This document shows positions 1 through 14,000 of a stretch of DNA of 64,000 bases, piece after piece. Under the pieces are notes generated by a model. It was not told the DNA's origin. It ran no database searches and worked only from the letters and a program-made list of their open reading frames with translations. Each line of letters starts with the position of its first letter. Position 1 is the stretch's first letter. The stretch spans positions 89,404,001 through 89,468,000 of the forward strand of contig OX597823.1 of NCBI GenBank assembly GCA_951406725.2, written 5' to 3'. The stretch comes from Octopus vulgaris (taxonomy: Eukaryota). The translations under genes and the position numbers were made by a program.

Positions 1-76
1 GCACACATACATACACACGTACACGCACACTCACACACACATACACACACACATACACACACACACACACACACAC
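1..76. repeat. (CA)n microsatellite
   Basis: Imperfect CA run. Representative of dozens of (CA)n/(TA)n/(TATG)n/(GATA)n/(GAAA)n/(TAA)n tracts across the window. Confidence 0.95.
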
Positions 77-2010
77 GTTTATATATAGACCTATGTATAT
101 CGGTGTCGGTGTCATACTACTAAAGATACATCAGTAACACACATATGTCTTTGAGAATGAATTTTAAATGAGAACTTGGTGTTTATCCGGTTATTGACGC
201 TAATGTTATTATCCAGAGACTCGATATAGGAAAACTAACTTTGATTCGCAAATATGACACTAATGTAAAGTGTCAGACAAGCTTTGGCAAACTATTTAGA
301 ACACGGAGAAAAATTTTATGGAAAGCTAACATTAACGAGGACGTCATAGTGTGTATATGAGTGCGGGATTTTTTTTGCTTCACTATGCATGTATGCACAT
401 TTGTGGTAATGTGTATATTTGGTTTATATGTATGTGTATGCGTGAGTATCAATGTATGTGTGCATTATGTACGTACGTATGTATGTACGTACATATGCAT
501 GTATATGCATGTATATGTGCGTATGCATGATTGCATGTGTGTTGGTGTATTTGAACATTCCATTGCACACAAATTTCCTTTACTAACACGGGGAAGGAAA
601 TAAATCTGGACACGTTTTGATTGGTTCGAAAATCGATATAAAAATGTTTTTGCTATAATCATTTATTTATTTATGTATTTATGTATTTATTTTATATACT
701 TTCATCATGTTTCGTTTTTGTATGTTTATTGTTGTACTTTTGTAGTATGTATATGAGCACAACTATGTATATTTGTGTGTATGTGTCTCTTTCTCATAAG
801 AAAGTGTGTGTGTGTACGTCTGTGTATGAGTAGTATGTTTGATCAAATTGCCACCTAACAAGAAATCACTTTGAAAATATTATCTAAATTTAATAATAAC
901 CCTGTGACGAACACTTTCAAGTTTGAAAAAGATACCTGCCACTGGCCAAAAGGGCATTGGGAATTGTTAACAAACTGTTTCAGTTGTTCGTTTAACAAAA
1001 AGTAACTTTTACTGAAACATAACTTTCTAGACAGACGATATATAATGTTAAAAGGAAGTTTCCACTTCTGTGGAGAGCAAAAGAGAAAGGGAGGTGACTC
1101 CACAGAAGTGGAAACTTCCTTTTAATTATGTATGATGGAGGCTTTTGTTGTTCTTGCACTTTTTGTTGTGGTTATTACGGTTGATGTGGTATTTATAGTT
1201 TTATTTTCTTTCACACACACACACACACACACACAACAGAAACACACACACTCACACACACACACATACACACAAACACACTCAACAACAAACAAAATGC
1301 TGACATTGATTTATACACAACCATTTTTTGTCTGGTGTTCTTGTAGTTGTTGTTTCGTTTGTTGTTTTTTATTAGTTCGTTTAAAATATCAAAGAATTGG
1401 TAAACTTGTTTATGACAAAGAGAGAGAGATAGAGAGAGGGGGGAGAGAAAGAAGGAAAGAAATATAGAAATGAGGGAGAAAGAGAAAAAGAGGAGAGAGC
1501 TACCATTTTTCGCCAGTCAACAATTGTAGTCTATGTTCACCAGAACAGAATCGGTTCGTATCGGTGTCAACGGTAATGGTCGTCGTCGTGTTGTTTTTAG
1601 ACCCAGGGTAGCTCTAATGAAGCATACCTATCATAAAAGGAATTCCAGCATATGACCATTCCGTTAATTTTTAGAGAGTTTTTTTTTTTATTTACTGGTT
1701 TTAGAGGGTGGGTCAGTGCCCATTGTGCCTTCAGGCCTCCAGGACTTGTGAGGCTGATTTCATTGTTGTTTCGTTTACAATATTGCCAGTCAGCAGTTGT
1801 TGGAAAGACATGAGCGGGGAGGTAATTCCAGCGGGTTTATTTTCTGTTGAGGAAGGATTGGAGATGGGTGCAGGTAACGAGAAGAGGAGAGACAAGTTAA
1901 TCAACAGTTTTTAATATGATACAATATTAATTTTTACAAGAAAAAGATTGTCAGTGATTTCGAAGTTTCAATTTACTCAGACTGTTTATAAATATATGCA
2001 CATACACACA

Positions 2011-2053
<43 letters not shown>

Positions 2054-2054
2054 G

Positions 2055-2316
2055 TGGGTGTGTAGTAAGTAGCTTGCTTACCAGCCACATGGTTCCGGGT
2101 TCAGTCTGAGTGTCTGTGTTTGTCCCCACCTCCATCAGCGCTTGACAACCGATTTTGGTGTGTTTACGTCCCCTTAACTTAGCGGTTCAGCAAAAGAAAC
2201 TAATAGAATAAGTACTAGGCTTACAAAGAATAAGTCTTGGGATCGATTTCCTCGACTAAAAGGCGGTGCTCCAGCAAGGCCGCAGTCAAATGACTGAAAC
2301 TAATAAAAGAATAAAA

Positions 2317-2318
<2 letters not shown>
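2055..2318 (+). mobile_element. tRNA-derived SINE family A, internally deleted copy
   Basis: Head gtgtgtagtaagtagcttgcttacc...ggttccgggttcagtc joined to tail ...ggcggtgctccagca.ggccgcagtcaaatgactgaaac. The same blocks occur at 33794-34150 and 56630-57046. Confidence 0.85.
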
Positions 2319-2394
<76 letters not shown>

Positions 2395-2559
2395 TGTACT
2401 CTCACGTCGAAGACGATGTATGAGTGTCCATCGAGAAGACAAAAAAAAGAGAATCCAGCATGATAGACAATCAACCACACACTCACACTACTATTACTAT
2501 TATTCACCAATGTTTACAATTCATTCATTTTACACGGTGACTCTTCATGAGAGTCCTCA

Positions 2560-3545
2560 GGTCACCAAAAGCATTATGTATATGAGCATCACATTAAACT
2601 AGTACATGGCCATGCTGAGAAATCACAATGAAGAAAAATTTTTAATATTCAAGTGTTTCAAATTACCTTTGAATTTATCCTCCTACTATAGAAATGGCCT
2701 TCCTACATTGCATTGTAAATTTACAAGCTGACCATAAAGATTTGTTTTGGTATTCCACCATTATTCATGCGAAAGATGTGTCGACACCATCGCATCTGAA
2801 ACTTGATTAAGAAAGCTTCTGTACACATTTCCACACATTTCCAGAATACTGCTATTCTTTACTCGATCATTCCACTTAACCATGCATATTTGTCTAAGAT
2901 ATCTCATATGAAAACAGTTCAGTAGACTGATTTGCTTACGATAAGATGTCCAATATTTTACACTATAGAAAAAAGAGTTGTTAGGACAACTGACTTACAC
3001 GTCTATTTTTGTTCTTACTGAGACATCATGAGCAATCCAAAGTCGATCATAAAGCTTCCCAAAAGTTGTACTGAATATTCCAATATGAGTTTGGACTTCC
3101 CTATCGAGTTTAACATCGCTGGTTACTGTAGAACCCAAAAATGTGAAAGTATCGACGTTTTCCAACCTTTGCTTTTAAGAAAAATGCTGGGCAAGATTTC
3201 TAGATTGTTATCAGAACGTGGCTGATACAACAGTTCAGGTTTTTTATGCTAAGCCAAAATATTTGGCTGCTGCTGTAAATCTGTCAATGATGTGTTAGAT
3301 GTCCTCAAGTGTATGAGCAAATAGGTCGCAATCATCTGCAAACAAGGAGTCTCTTATTGTCTAAGATGCAATTTTATTCCTTGCTTTGAAACGCTGTTGA
3401 TTGAAGATGTGACCCGTTTTCCTATATTCAAGAAAACATAAACTCTTCTACATCAGAAAAGGTACAATCCATCATTATTGCGAAAAATAATGCAAATAAT
3501 GCTAATGACAAAACACAACCTTGTTTTGTACAATTCTAACATCAA
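2560..3545 (-). pseudogene. Decayed RTE-clade LINE reverse transcriptase fragment
   Basis: Minus-strand translation gives KQGCVLS, SLFADDCDLFAHTLEDI*HIIDRFTAAAKYFGL and LENVDTFTFLGSTVTSDVKLDREV, with stops and frameshifts. Confidence 0.8.
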
Positions 3546-3669
3546 AAGGCTGAGATATATGTGTAAATACATACAAATATATGTACATTTACATAAATGA
3601 ACAGATATATGTGCGTGGTGTGTGTGTGTGTGTGTGTGTGTACAGACAGCGAGACAGACAGCTAAATAG

Positions 3670-3671
3670 AT

Positions 3672-3736
<65 letters not shown>
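3670..3736. repeat. (GATA)n microsatellite
   Basis: Direct tandem repeat. Confidence 0.95.
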
Positions 3737-3737
<1 letters not shown>

Positions 3738-4631
3738 AAATACATTTCAGGGTCAAGGTTAATAATGAGGCTAGTGATAGTACTAGAGGTAGAAGGTGGG
3801 AGTAAGAGAGAAGGACGGTTTAGGTAGTATATGAATGGTGACCTTCGTGTTAGTTTGTATGAAGGTTATGGAGTTAAAGATGAAAACGGGAATGTCTATT
3901 ATTTGAGGAAAATAAGTTGATTAGTTCAGTGGCTGAGGGAGATTAGTAAGGAAATAGAGAGGAGATAGATTGGGGGTGAGAAGGTAGTCAAAAAGCAGTT
4001 TTAGAGGGACAAAGGAATTGGGTTGGTATTGGAGGGGTCGTGCTATGGTAAAGAGAGGTAGGGCGTGAATAGGGAGACGGTAGAGGTAGAATGGTTAGTT
4101 TTCAAAGGAGTGGAGTATTGTTAATAAGTTTTTGAAACTGGGGAGGATGAGGAGGCTAAAAGGGAAGTGGGAAGTAGTTGATTTGAAGAATTTGGAAGAA
4201 ACTTGAAATGTGTGTATGAGAAAGAATAAGTGTGGGGTAGTATTTTTTAAGTAGTAGGCTGACTTTGTCTCAGTTTAAGTTTATTTTAGGTATGGAAACT
4301 TATAGGATTACATAGATTTAACGAATACGTGAAAGATGTGTAGTACTTGTATTTACAAGAATAAATAACATCAGATAATCTATTAAGTAATGAGGAGTTA
4401 TGAAGGCGAAGTATGGTTAATGTATGAAATATTTTGAGATTTAAGGTTGTGTATATATACCTTGCTAAGGAGGTTGATAATTTAGAATTTGGATTGGAGA
4501 AAGAGGTCATGTGTGCACGGTATGGGCGCTAGAAATCTGCGGTACCGCCGATATATACCCTTGCTTGGTGGAAGCGTGGTGTTATAACACGGCACTGGTA
4601 GATTACATTTTTGCCTACACACACTCATATA

Positions 4632-4843
4632 CGAGGAAGTGCTGGAAAGTTGCTAGTATTGAGGGTTTCGCGAAAGGTTTGGAGACCCAGCCATCCGAAT
4701 TCTTTTACAGAGCTTAAAAAACTGAAGGAGCGCTGCAATAAGTGTGTAAATCTAAGAGGTGGATTCGTTGAATAAAATCATAATTAACTGATCCTCCTGA
4801 ATTTTCTTTTACCCAAAACCAGGAACTTTTCAGCAACCACTTG
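4632..4843 (+). mobile_element. Internally deleted mariner (MITE-like)
   Basis: TA|cgaggaagtgctggaaagtt ... aacttttcagcaaccacttg|TA imperfect TIRs. Retains the mariner C-terminus KKLKERCNKCVNLRGGFVE*. Confidence 0.7.
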
Positions 4844-6021
4844 TATATATTCAGACACACACACATGTACATACACACACAAACACACATATATATGTAA
4901 TGTATATTTATATGCATATATATATATGTGTGTACAAACACATACACACACATCTATGTATCTGTATATATGTATATAAATATACATATATACCCGTATA
5001 TAGATATATGTATGTGTATGTATGCATGTACGTACGTGTATATATATATATATATGCATACACACACACACACATAATATTGCTTTCCATGCTGTAGGCC
5101 TTATTTAGTAACCCAGAACTATTCATGGCTTTCTGTGTTTACCGCCTGCCTACAGTAATTAATCACACAAGATTGACGGTTACATCGAATCGAATAATTG
5201 TCTCCAATGGAACAAAGAGAAGGAAACATATTTAGAAAATTATTGGTAATATTAGCGTTTACTTTTAGCCTACATAGAGAGGTACGGTTATGGTTTCTGT
5301 GATGATATTTTTTTGTCTACTGAAAATAGTTCAGCCTTAAGAGCAAACAACTTTTTTTTCTCTCTAAATGCACTCTTTTCCAGTACCCTATTGTATTTGT
5401 TTGCATCTTCATCGAATGTTTGTATGAGAAGTTTTTGGAGACTCATAAGTTAACGCTGCTAACAAGGTTCTTAAAAATTATGGTAGTTTGTTTAACTTTT
5501 TGTCATTGAGCATCTATGTTCTTTTCTTAAGGTTTAAATTCACAAATTCAGTGAACGTCGAGGAAGCTAGTTATCGTTCGTTTGTAGTTGCAGTGATTTT
5601 TATGTTTAAGTTTTTTTAAAGCACTAATCGGTTCTTTTTGTTTCTTTGTTGTTTCTTTATTGTTTCTTTGTTATATCTTGATTATTACCGTTTATGGTGT
5701 TAGAAATATAAAGACGATCATCTCTGTACAAGGCTATGTCTTGGATTTCAAATCTAGATTTAAGTTCAGTCAAGGGTGAGTAATGCAACCAGATTTCTTA
5801 CTTTCGTACTGCCTGAACGTCCATCATTTTACCAGCATGACCATTAATGTATTTCCGACAGAACTCCTGTTAGAAATGAACTACATATTCATGTGTATGG
5901 TTATATCAACATCGCTTTCATCAATATCGTTATGCACCATTCAACACTCCAGGGTTATAGCGGAAAAGGGCTTGGAAACAATATCGAACTGGGATGAAAT
6001 TACACCTTTCTCTCCTTCTCT

Positions 6022-6071
<50 letters not shown>

Positions 6072-6599
6072 ATTCTCTATTTCTATGTATATAGTCATGT
6101 GCGCGCGTGCATGTGTATATGAGTATGTTTCCAGTACCAAACCGCACTGTCGCCAAAATAGTTTGAATGTTCAGTCAGCTGTACCAAATCGTCAATGTCC
6201 AAGACAGTTGCGCTCAGTCATTTATTTTCCCACGCTCTCATATTTGGGCATACATCATACACACATTTACAGATGTGAGTGTGACTTTGTTCGTATGTAC
6301 ATACATACATACATAAAATCATGAACGCATCTGTAAAAGAAAATATTACAGTCATTTATATGAGATTAAATCCATTCACACAGACATATAGGCAAGCATA
6401 CAGCAAGATAATATTTACTGGTGACATGGCACTCAAACATACATTCACAAACCACTGGAATTGTCTTGGCTCAAACAAAGAGGCTTTGTCACTTTCTTAG
6501 TGATTGGTTTGAAATCTACGATGAAGAATTTCGATAAATCCGAAGCAAAACTACTTTTACAAATAATCTCTTACTATTTCTGACTGAAAATACTCATCA

Positions 6600-7050
6600 T
6601 ATCAACGGCAACATATACACATACATACGCGTATGAGTGTATATATACGTGCATATATATCTATATTCGTATGAACACACACTCACATATGTATATATTT
6701 GCATACAAACAAAAACATACATGCATATGCACATACACGCAACTGATACATACACATAACATTCATGCATACAGACACAGGTAAATACATGCATACATAC
6801 ACACATGCATACATGCATACATGCATACATATGTACATATATACGTACATGCATAATACACACATGCATACATGCATAGATATGTACATATATACGTACA
6901 TGAATACATACATACATGCATACATGCATACATGCATACATATGTACATATATACGTACATGCATACATATACATAAGTACATAGATATATACAAGTACG
7001 CATACATACACAGACAGTGATACATCCATACATACATCCATATATACACA
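6600..7050. repeat. Degenerate (ACAT/GCAT)n array with longer internal duplications
   Basis: The block catgcatacatgcata.atatgtacatatatacgtacatg recurs three times. Confidence 0.85.
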
Positions 7051-7386
7051 TATTGACGCTAAACGTGACATGCCAGACAATCTGGCTGTTGCAGGGACAA
7101 CACTCGTGATAATAACCAAGAGACGGAGCCTATTTTAGCCACTGCACGGATATAGAAACTGTCTTAAGTGCTGTGATTAACACCGAATTGGTATTATTAA
7201 GAAGAGACACGCAGGAAGTGTAGAAATGCTGATAGGACAGCGTGGGTAGAAGAGGGCAGATAAAAAAGACGAAGTTTGAAAGTAACGTTGATACATACAT
7301 GCATGCATACTTACACACATACATGCATACACATATATAGGTGTGTGTACACATGTATTTATACGTATATACATACATCTGATTGG

Positions 7387-7435
<49 letters not shown>

Positions 7436-7480
7436 CGTGTGTGTGTGTGTGTGAGTGTATATATATATATTATATATATG

Positions 7481-7535
<55 letters not shown>

Positions 7536-7610
7536 GGGAATAAATCCAAACTTACAGGGAAAAATTAGATTTAGGATTAAATCCAATTTTATAGTATAAA
7601 TATATTATAT

Positions 7611-7768
7611 TATATTATATTAAATTAGAGATAAAACCACTATTAGGCAAATCAAACAGTGAAAAACATAAGCCAATACATAAAATTAATTTAAAAATAT
7701 AAAAGTTAAAAATAAAATAAAAAATTATTTAAATAATTTAAACTTATAAATTTTATATATATATACAA

Positions 7769-7802
<34 letters not shown>

Positions 7803-7939
7803 ATTTTTATAAAATTTATAAGTTTAAATTATTTAAATAATTTTTTATTTTTAACTTTTATATTTTTAAATTAATTTTATGTATTGGCTTATGTTTTTCA
7901 CTGTTTGATTTGCCTAATAGTGGTTTTATCTCTAATTTA

Positions 7940-7949
<10 letters not shown>
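7611..7949. repeat. Near-perfect long inverted repeat (~145-bp arms) around a (TA)n spacer
   Basis: 7611-7757 is the reverse complement of 7808-7949 apart from a 5-nt indel (e.g. gataaaaccactattaggcaaatcaaacagtg / cactgtttgatttgcctaatagtggttttatc). Confidence 0.9.
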
Positions 7950-8006
<57 letters not shown>

Positions 8007-8200
8007 CCATCCATACATGTATGCATTCAAACATTCTATCAATTATGTTATATCTTCGATACAATATACATCAGTATACAACGCCGTGTTTATTTAGGAA
8101 TATGTATGCGTGAGTCTGTTTATTTGCGTGTTCACACACACACACACACACACACATACATATGTGTGCGTGTGTGTATGTATGTATGTATGTATGTACG

Positions 8201-8234
<34 letters not shown>

Positions 8235-8314
8235 TGTATGTATGTATGTATGTACGTATGTATGTATGTATGTATATAAAAAATAATGATAAAGTGGCCA
8301 GCAAACAATCAAAT

Positions 8315-8645
8315 TCTCCAAAGTTAGGCAGCTCTCGCTATATGTAGACATGCACAGAGAAAGTAGCAAGTGTGCTAAAAAACAGTTGTCCCCATTTGTA
8401 AAACTACAAAGAGGAGGGAAGATATCTCAATATCAACAGATTTCGCTTTCTGTTCCGAATTGACACTTACAGCTCATCAGCTAGGCTTACTACGTAAACT
8501 ACTTTTTAAAATATATTTACCATTCCGTGCGCGTCTGTTCAGCTGAAGGTTCCGCGACTTCCAAACGAACATCATATTTTTTTAGTATATTTGCTACTTT
8601 CTCCGTGCGTGTTTACATATGATGGGAGATGCGTAGCTTTGGAGA
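8315..8645. repeat. Diverged inverted repeat (~68-bp arms) enclosing a degenerate hammerhead-like motif
   Basis: 8315-8382 tctccaaagttaggcagc...gagaaagtagcaagtgtgctaaaa matches the reverse complement of 8578-8645. Minus strand 8441-8480 reads CTGATGA-gct...agc-GAAA. Confidence 0.7.
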
Positions 8646-8809
8646 GTTTTAACTTTTAATATATCTACCGGGTTGGCCAAAACTCACCTGACAGAAAATT
8701 TAAACCATTTAATTTCAAGATTAAAACAAAGAATTATTTTATATGAGACTTCGTTAATAAAGATACCAATGTTGAATAATCACAGCATTCAATTATTAAA
8801 CATTTATAA

Positions 8810-10992
8810 AACTGGACAACAAAAATTTTGCTACTGGAGTAAAATCATCTGTTTTAAACTAAATCGAGAATGCTGATTCCAAATCCGCACTCAGAATTGT
8901 TCTAGCACGTCAGGATTTTGAGTTACTCGCATGCGCAAAATTATAGCTATACTTTCGGCTAGATATAGGCCGTATTATAAAATTTGTTAATATGAAAGCG
9001 ATCTCAATTCAAAATTAAAGAGATAACAGCAATGAAACAAACGATAAGAAAGTTCATTATTTAGTTTAACAATAGATGGCGCTGAGGTATTGTGTGCAAG
9101 CGCCAAATACGTCAGTTTGTTCTTGGTAACTCTCAGTGTCGTTTGCGCTGCCGTCACGTGTGGTATGTGTATCTCTCGCTCTGCATGTTTACTGTTTTAA
9201 CTGTATTCATTATGTTAGATCATGAATAGGAGAGGCTGTGTGAATCACCCAGACAACCTTTGTTACGTCTAGAAAATTTGCTCCGCCTGACCAGCTGAAG
9301 AACACTACCACCAACTTAAAAACTGCCTATAAATATTATTTCAGGTGTAAAGTTGGGACCAAGACAAGAGGTGGGCACATCATATATGCTGCACTGTGTG
9401 TTACTCAGGGCTTAGACAGTGGCTGAATAGAAAACGGAACGGAATGCCTTTTGCTGTACCAGTAGTAGGTGTGGGCCAAAGCTTCATGTCTCTGGTTGTT
9501 ACTTTTGCATGACTAATATTAGTGGTTTCTCAAAGAAAACCAAAGCAAAAGTTGTATATGCAGATTGTAAGTCCGCTCTAAAACATGACTTCGAGAACCC
9601 TGTCCCAGTTCTCCTCTCACATGATTCACTTGACATGTCACATGATGAACCCCCAGACGAAAAGTATGTAGCTGATTGTAAGAAAAATGAGCCACGCTTG
9701 TTTAATCAAGATTGAACGATTTAGTAAGAGACCTAGCTTTGCCAAAGGAGAAAGCAGAAGCAACAGAATCTCCTACAGCAAGGTACGAAATTTCCATTTT
9801 CCGTTCTCGCCCTGAAGGATTATCTGTCTTTTTCAAGCAAGAAAATAATACTTGTTTCTGTACTGATGTTAACGCACTCATGCAAAAACTTGTAATGAAA
9901 GACGTTCCATTCCTGTGGGTCGTGTTGTCGGTATGGAAGAAACTTATGAATCAGTTGAACTCATTCTGAAAGGAGTTAATTACTCAGTCTATAAGTGGAA
10001 TATGTGTAGTTATTTAAAGGTGATTTCCCCCTTCCTAAAGCTGCAGCTGGGATATAGCAATAATATGTGCTTCTTGTGTATTTGAAACAACCACGAAGAA
10101 ACAACCACTGACCTAAAAGAGATGAGCGAATAGTTGGTCAGTACAATGTGCAGCATATTCCACTGGTAGAGCCGCAAAAGATATTCCTTCCACTCCTTCA
10201 CAATAAAAAACTTTGTAAAAATAATGGCACACGTTGGTTGTGGCTTCCAGAAACTAAAAGTAAAATTCGGTGCAGAGAAAAGTGACGCAAAACTGAAAGC
10301 AGGCATTTTCATTGGACCCGAGATCAGAGAATTGATGTCTTGTAGCAAATTCAGGGTTAAACTGAATCCAGTTGAGCTGACTGCATGGAATTCATTCGTA
10401 TTAGCTGTAAAGAACTTACTTGGAAATCATAGAGCTGAAAATTATGCTGATTTAATAAACAACATGCTAACAGCGTATGAAAGAAGTTGATGCCGAATGT
10501 CCTTTAAAATGCGCATCCTGCACTCTCGGTTTTTTTGCAACAAATTTTGGTGCCGTTAGTGATGAGCATGGTGAGAGGTTCCACCGTGACATATCTTAGA
10601 GGGAAACGAGGGATCAAGGCCGGTTCAATCTACACATAATCGATGACTACTACTGGTTTCTACATAAGTGCAAGAGCAAGTATTTCAAACACTTCTGAGC
10701 TGAGCATATCAAAAATAAAGTGAGTATCTCCTTAACATAAATATACTATGTACCATTATATTATAATACTATTTGCCTTCACATAAATGTACTATATACA
10801 GTACTAATATACTTTTATAATAATTATTTACCTTGAACTTAACTATTCCTGATACTAATATACTATTAATATATAATTAGGCGCATAAATCAAAATCCCG
10901 ACGTGCTACAGCAATTCTGCATTCGTACTCGATGTAATTTATTACACCACTATTTGTGTGAGTAGTAGACAATATATTTATTTTGCCCAGTG
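8810..10992 (+). mobile_element. Chapaev3-type (CMC superfamily) DNA transposon, decayed full-length copy
   Basis: Ends aactggacaacaaaa / ttttgcccagtg. Subterminal inverted repeats cagaattgttctagcacgtcaggattttga (~8890) and tcaaaatcccgacgtgctacagcaattctg (~10890). Flanks taa/caa fit a 3-bp TSD with one mismatch. Confidence 0.8.
9222..10698 (+). pseudogene. Chapaev3-like transposase pseudogene
   Basis: Motifs MNRRGCVNHPDNLCYV, AYKYYFRCKVG, DKRWAHHICC, MPFAVP, LNDLVRDLALPKEKAE, KLKAGIFIGPEIRELM, LLGNHRAENY and NFGAVSDEHGERFHRDI. Multiple stops and frameshifts. Confidence 0.85.
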
Positions 10993-11087
10993 CAATTAGA
11001 ATGAATAAATATAATTGAATATTAAATATTTATGGAATTTTGATTTACTGTCGGGTGACTTTCATCCAACCCTGTATATATATATAT

Positions 11088-11170
<83 letters not shown>

Positions 11171-11208
11171 CACACACAGCACATATATATATGCATGTAG
11201 ATATATGC

Positions 11209-11277
<69 letters not shown>

Positions 11278-11824
11278 TATTCGCAAACAAAACCACACGC
11301 ACACATATGCACACGCATATATAGACACTATACATACACCACACACATAGCATTAATACAAGAAAATCCTTTCGGTTTGTCCCCAACGAAGTTCTACATA
11401 TTTTTGCGTTTCGCATCTTAGTAATTCAGAAGCGCGAAATCACAGTAATAAAGCTTAATAAGTAGCTTAGTATCGGTGGTAATAAAATTATCAACAGATT
11501 AAATACAACTCTAGTAATCTCAGGTAGTTTCACGGGATTGCCAGTACACCTGTTCACCTACCAACCGGATGGATAGTATATGCTTATTACACACACACAC
11601 ACACACACACTCAGACCCTAACAGGAATATATGAACGAACATACCGATACAGCCCCGTGTTTATGAATAACTTGCATATCTAGAAGTCATATATATATAT
11701 ATATTGTGATTTAACAAACATATATATATTCTGACTTGGAAAATATAGCTAGTAAACAAGCCACGAGAGCTATTTCTTGCCAGCTCCACCCCAACCAATT
11801 CAACTTTCTCTTCTATCCTTGTAT

Positions 11825-12235
11825 TCCTTTTTTTTATATATTTTACTTTGCTTCAGTCATAAGACTGCAGCAATGCTGGGGCGCCACCTAGAAGAAATTT
11901 GGTTGAACGAATTGACCCCAGTACTTACTTTTTAGAAGCCTGATACTTATTAAGTTATGTGGACGTAAACACACCAACACCAATTGTCAAGTGGTTGTGG
12001 AGAATAAGCACAGACTCAAAGTTTGTCATACATACACACACACATGTATTATATATATATATATATATATATATGATAGGTTTCTTTCAGTTTCCGTCGA
12101 CCACATCCACTTACAAGACTCTGATCAGCCCGTGGCTATAGTAGAAGACATCTGCCCAAAGTGTAACTCAGCGCGACTTATCCCCGAACCATATAGTTCT
12201 GAAACAAACTTCTAAGCACACAGCCACACCTGCAC
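11825..12235 (-). mobile_element. SINE family A, diverged copy
   Basis: Reverse complement of the family A head and tail around an internal microsatellite. Confidence 0.75.
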
Positions 12236-12323
12236 TATGTGAGTAGCCGTGTAACTCTTCTACAACAAGAAACCTGATCTGGCCCCATGACTTACACTTT
12301 AACCCCTTATCTGCTAGCATAAA

Positions 12324-12387
<64 letters not shown>

Positions 12388-12985
12388 GCTCTAATCAGTC
12401 GAAGGCTGCATGCCGATCCTACTGGTGCGCATACCACTTACAAAAGCACCCAGTAAAGAAAACGTAATAATCTGCGCTTCTCAAACGAGGTTCCTTGAGA
12501 TATTTGTTCTGTCATCTCGGTCGGCTTTACAAACATTTCTTTGTCTCTCTCACAGTCAGACGAAATGCTGTAAAAAAATGAATGACCCTTAGAAAACAAA
12601 ACCTAAAAACGTTACCTTTTTCTTGTAAAGCTATGAAAAATAAATTACATATCATATCATAGATAGATAGATAGATAGATAGAGGTAATTCATTTATTTT
12701 ATGTTCATATATACATTGCTATGGTGTACTATAAGACAATGTCTACAGATTTTTTGCCAACACTGTATCTTATGACGTTTGTAAACACTACGTTGCAATA
12801 CATATGTTCGCACCACCACTCACCCAGACACATGTACACGTATACACACACTCACGCACACGCATGCACACACACACACACGCACACACACACGCACACA
12901 CGCACACACACACGCGCGCGCGCACACACACACACAGCAGAATATGACTCATTACAGCACCACGCGCACACACACACAGACAGTA

Positions 12986-12986
12986 A

Positions 12987-13080
<94 letters not shown>
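12986..13080. repeat. (GAAA)n microsatellite
   Basis: Direct tandem repeat. Another occurs at 58451-58570. Confidence 0.95.
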
Positions 13081-13081
<1 letters not shown>

Positions 13082-13849
13082 GTAAAGATTTGAAAGTGAT
13101 TGATGAAAAATTGTCTGGCTTCTGTATATTATATTTATTATATTCGTTTACTTGTCATATCGTATTAACTCTACCTTCAATACGGTAATACCCTAACGTA
13201 CAACCTTACAAAATAATTCGTGACTGTGACAATCTATTTCAAGTTTTGAATGAGAAGAACTCATATTTTCTACTGAATTTTTAATGATAATGTCTGTAAA
13301 TAATTTATGAAATCTACCAGTAACATATTAAGAAAGTTACGATGCAAGAACTGTATAAATTCTTTCGCATATTAGTATCCGTTATTCTCAACAGTTATGG
13401 GAATAGTCTTTCCAAGTCATGTTTCGTGCAGTATTTATCGTTCTCACCTTCAGTTCTTTATCTTTTTCCAATGTTATTTCTCGCTTAGATGAGTTAGAAA
13501 TGAGAATATTAGATTCTGTATGTCGTTTAATATCTTCTTCACCATGTTTGATGCAAAATATTATGTAACTTATTTTTCTTTCCATTTGTTTCTTTTATTT
13601 TCTTCCTTTTTCTGTTTTACTTTACAGCTATCTCCTCGAGTCAATCCTGTTTTATTCCACACCGTTTATCTAGAAGGTGTAATCTGGTGCTTGTAGCATA
13701 TTTCTATCTTAAAAGCCTTAACCTGTTTATAATTTCCAAGCATAAGGAAATGTAGAAGCCAAACGGCTAAATTATCTTTAACCTTTTTTTGTATTTTACT
13801 TGCTTTAGTCATTAGACTACGACCATAGTGGGATACTGCATTGATAGGC

Positions 13850-13951
13850 TTAGTCGAACAAATCGTTCTCTTTTGCCGAACCGCTATCTCACGGGTGTGT
13901 AAACAAATCAACACAAAGGCACTCGTACATACCAAATTCACTCACGTACTG

Positions 13952-14000
<49 letters not shown>

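Larger units (their letters stand above)
8668..11074. mobile_element. Tc1/mariner-type MITE (~220 bp of own sequence) split by a Chapaev3 insertion
   Basis: TA|ccgggttggccaaaactcacctgacag at left and ctgtcgggtgactttcatccaaccctg|TA at right form TIRs with a TA TSD. Confidence 0.75.
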
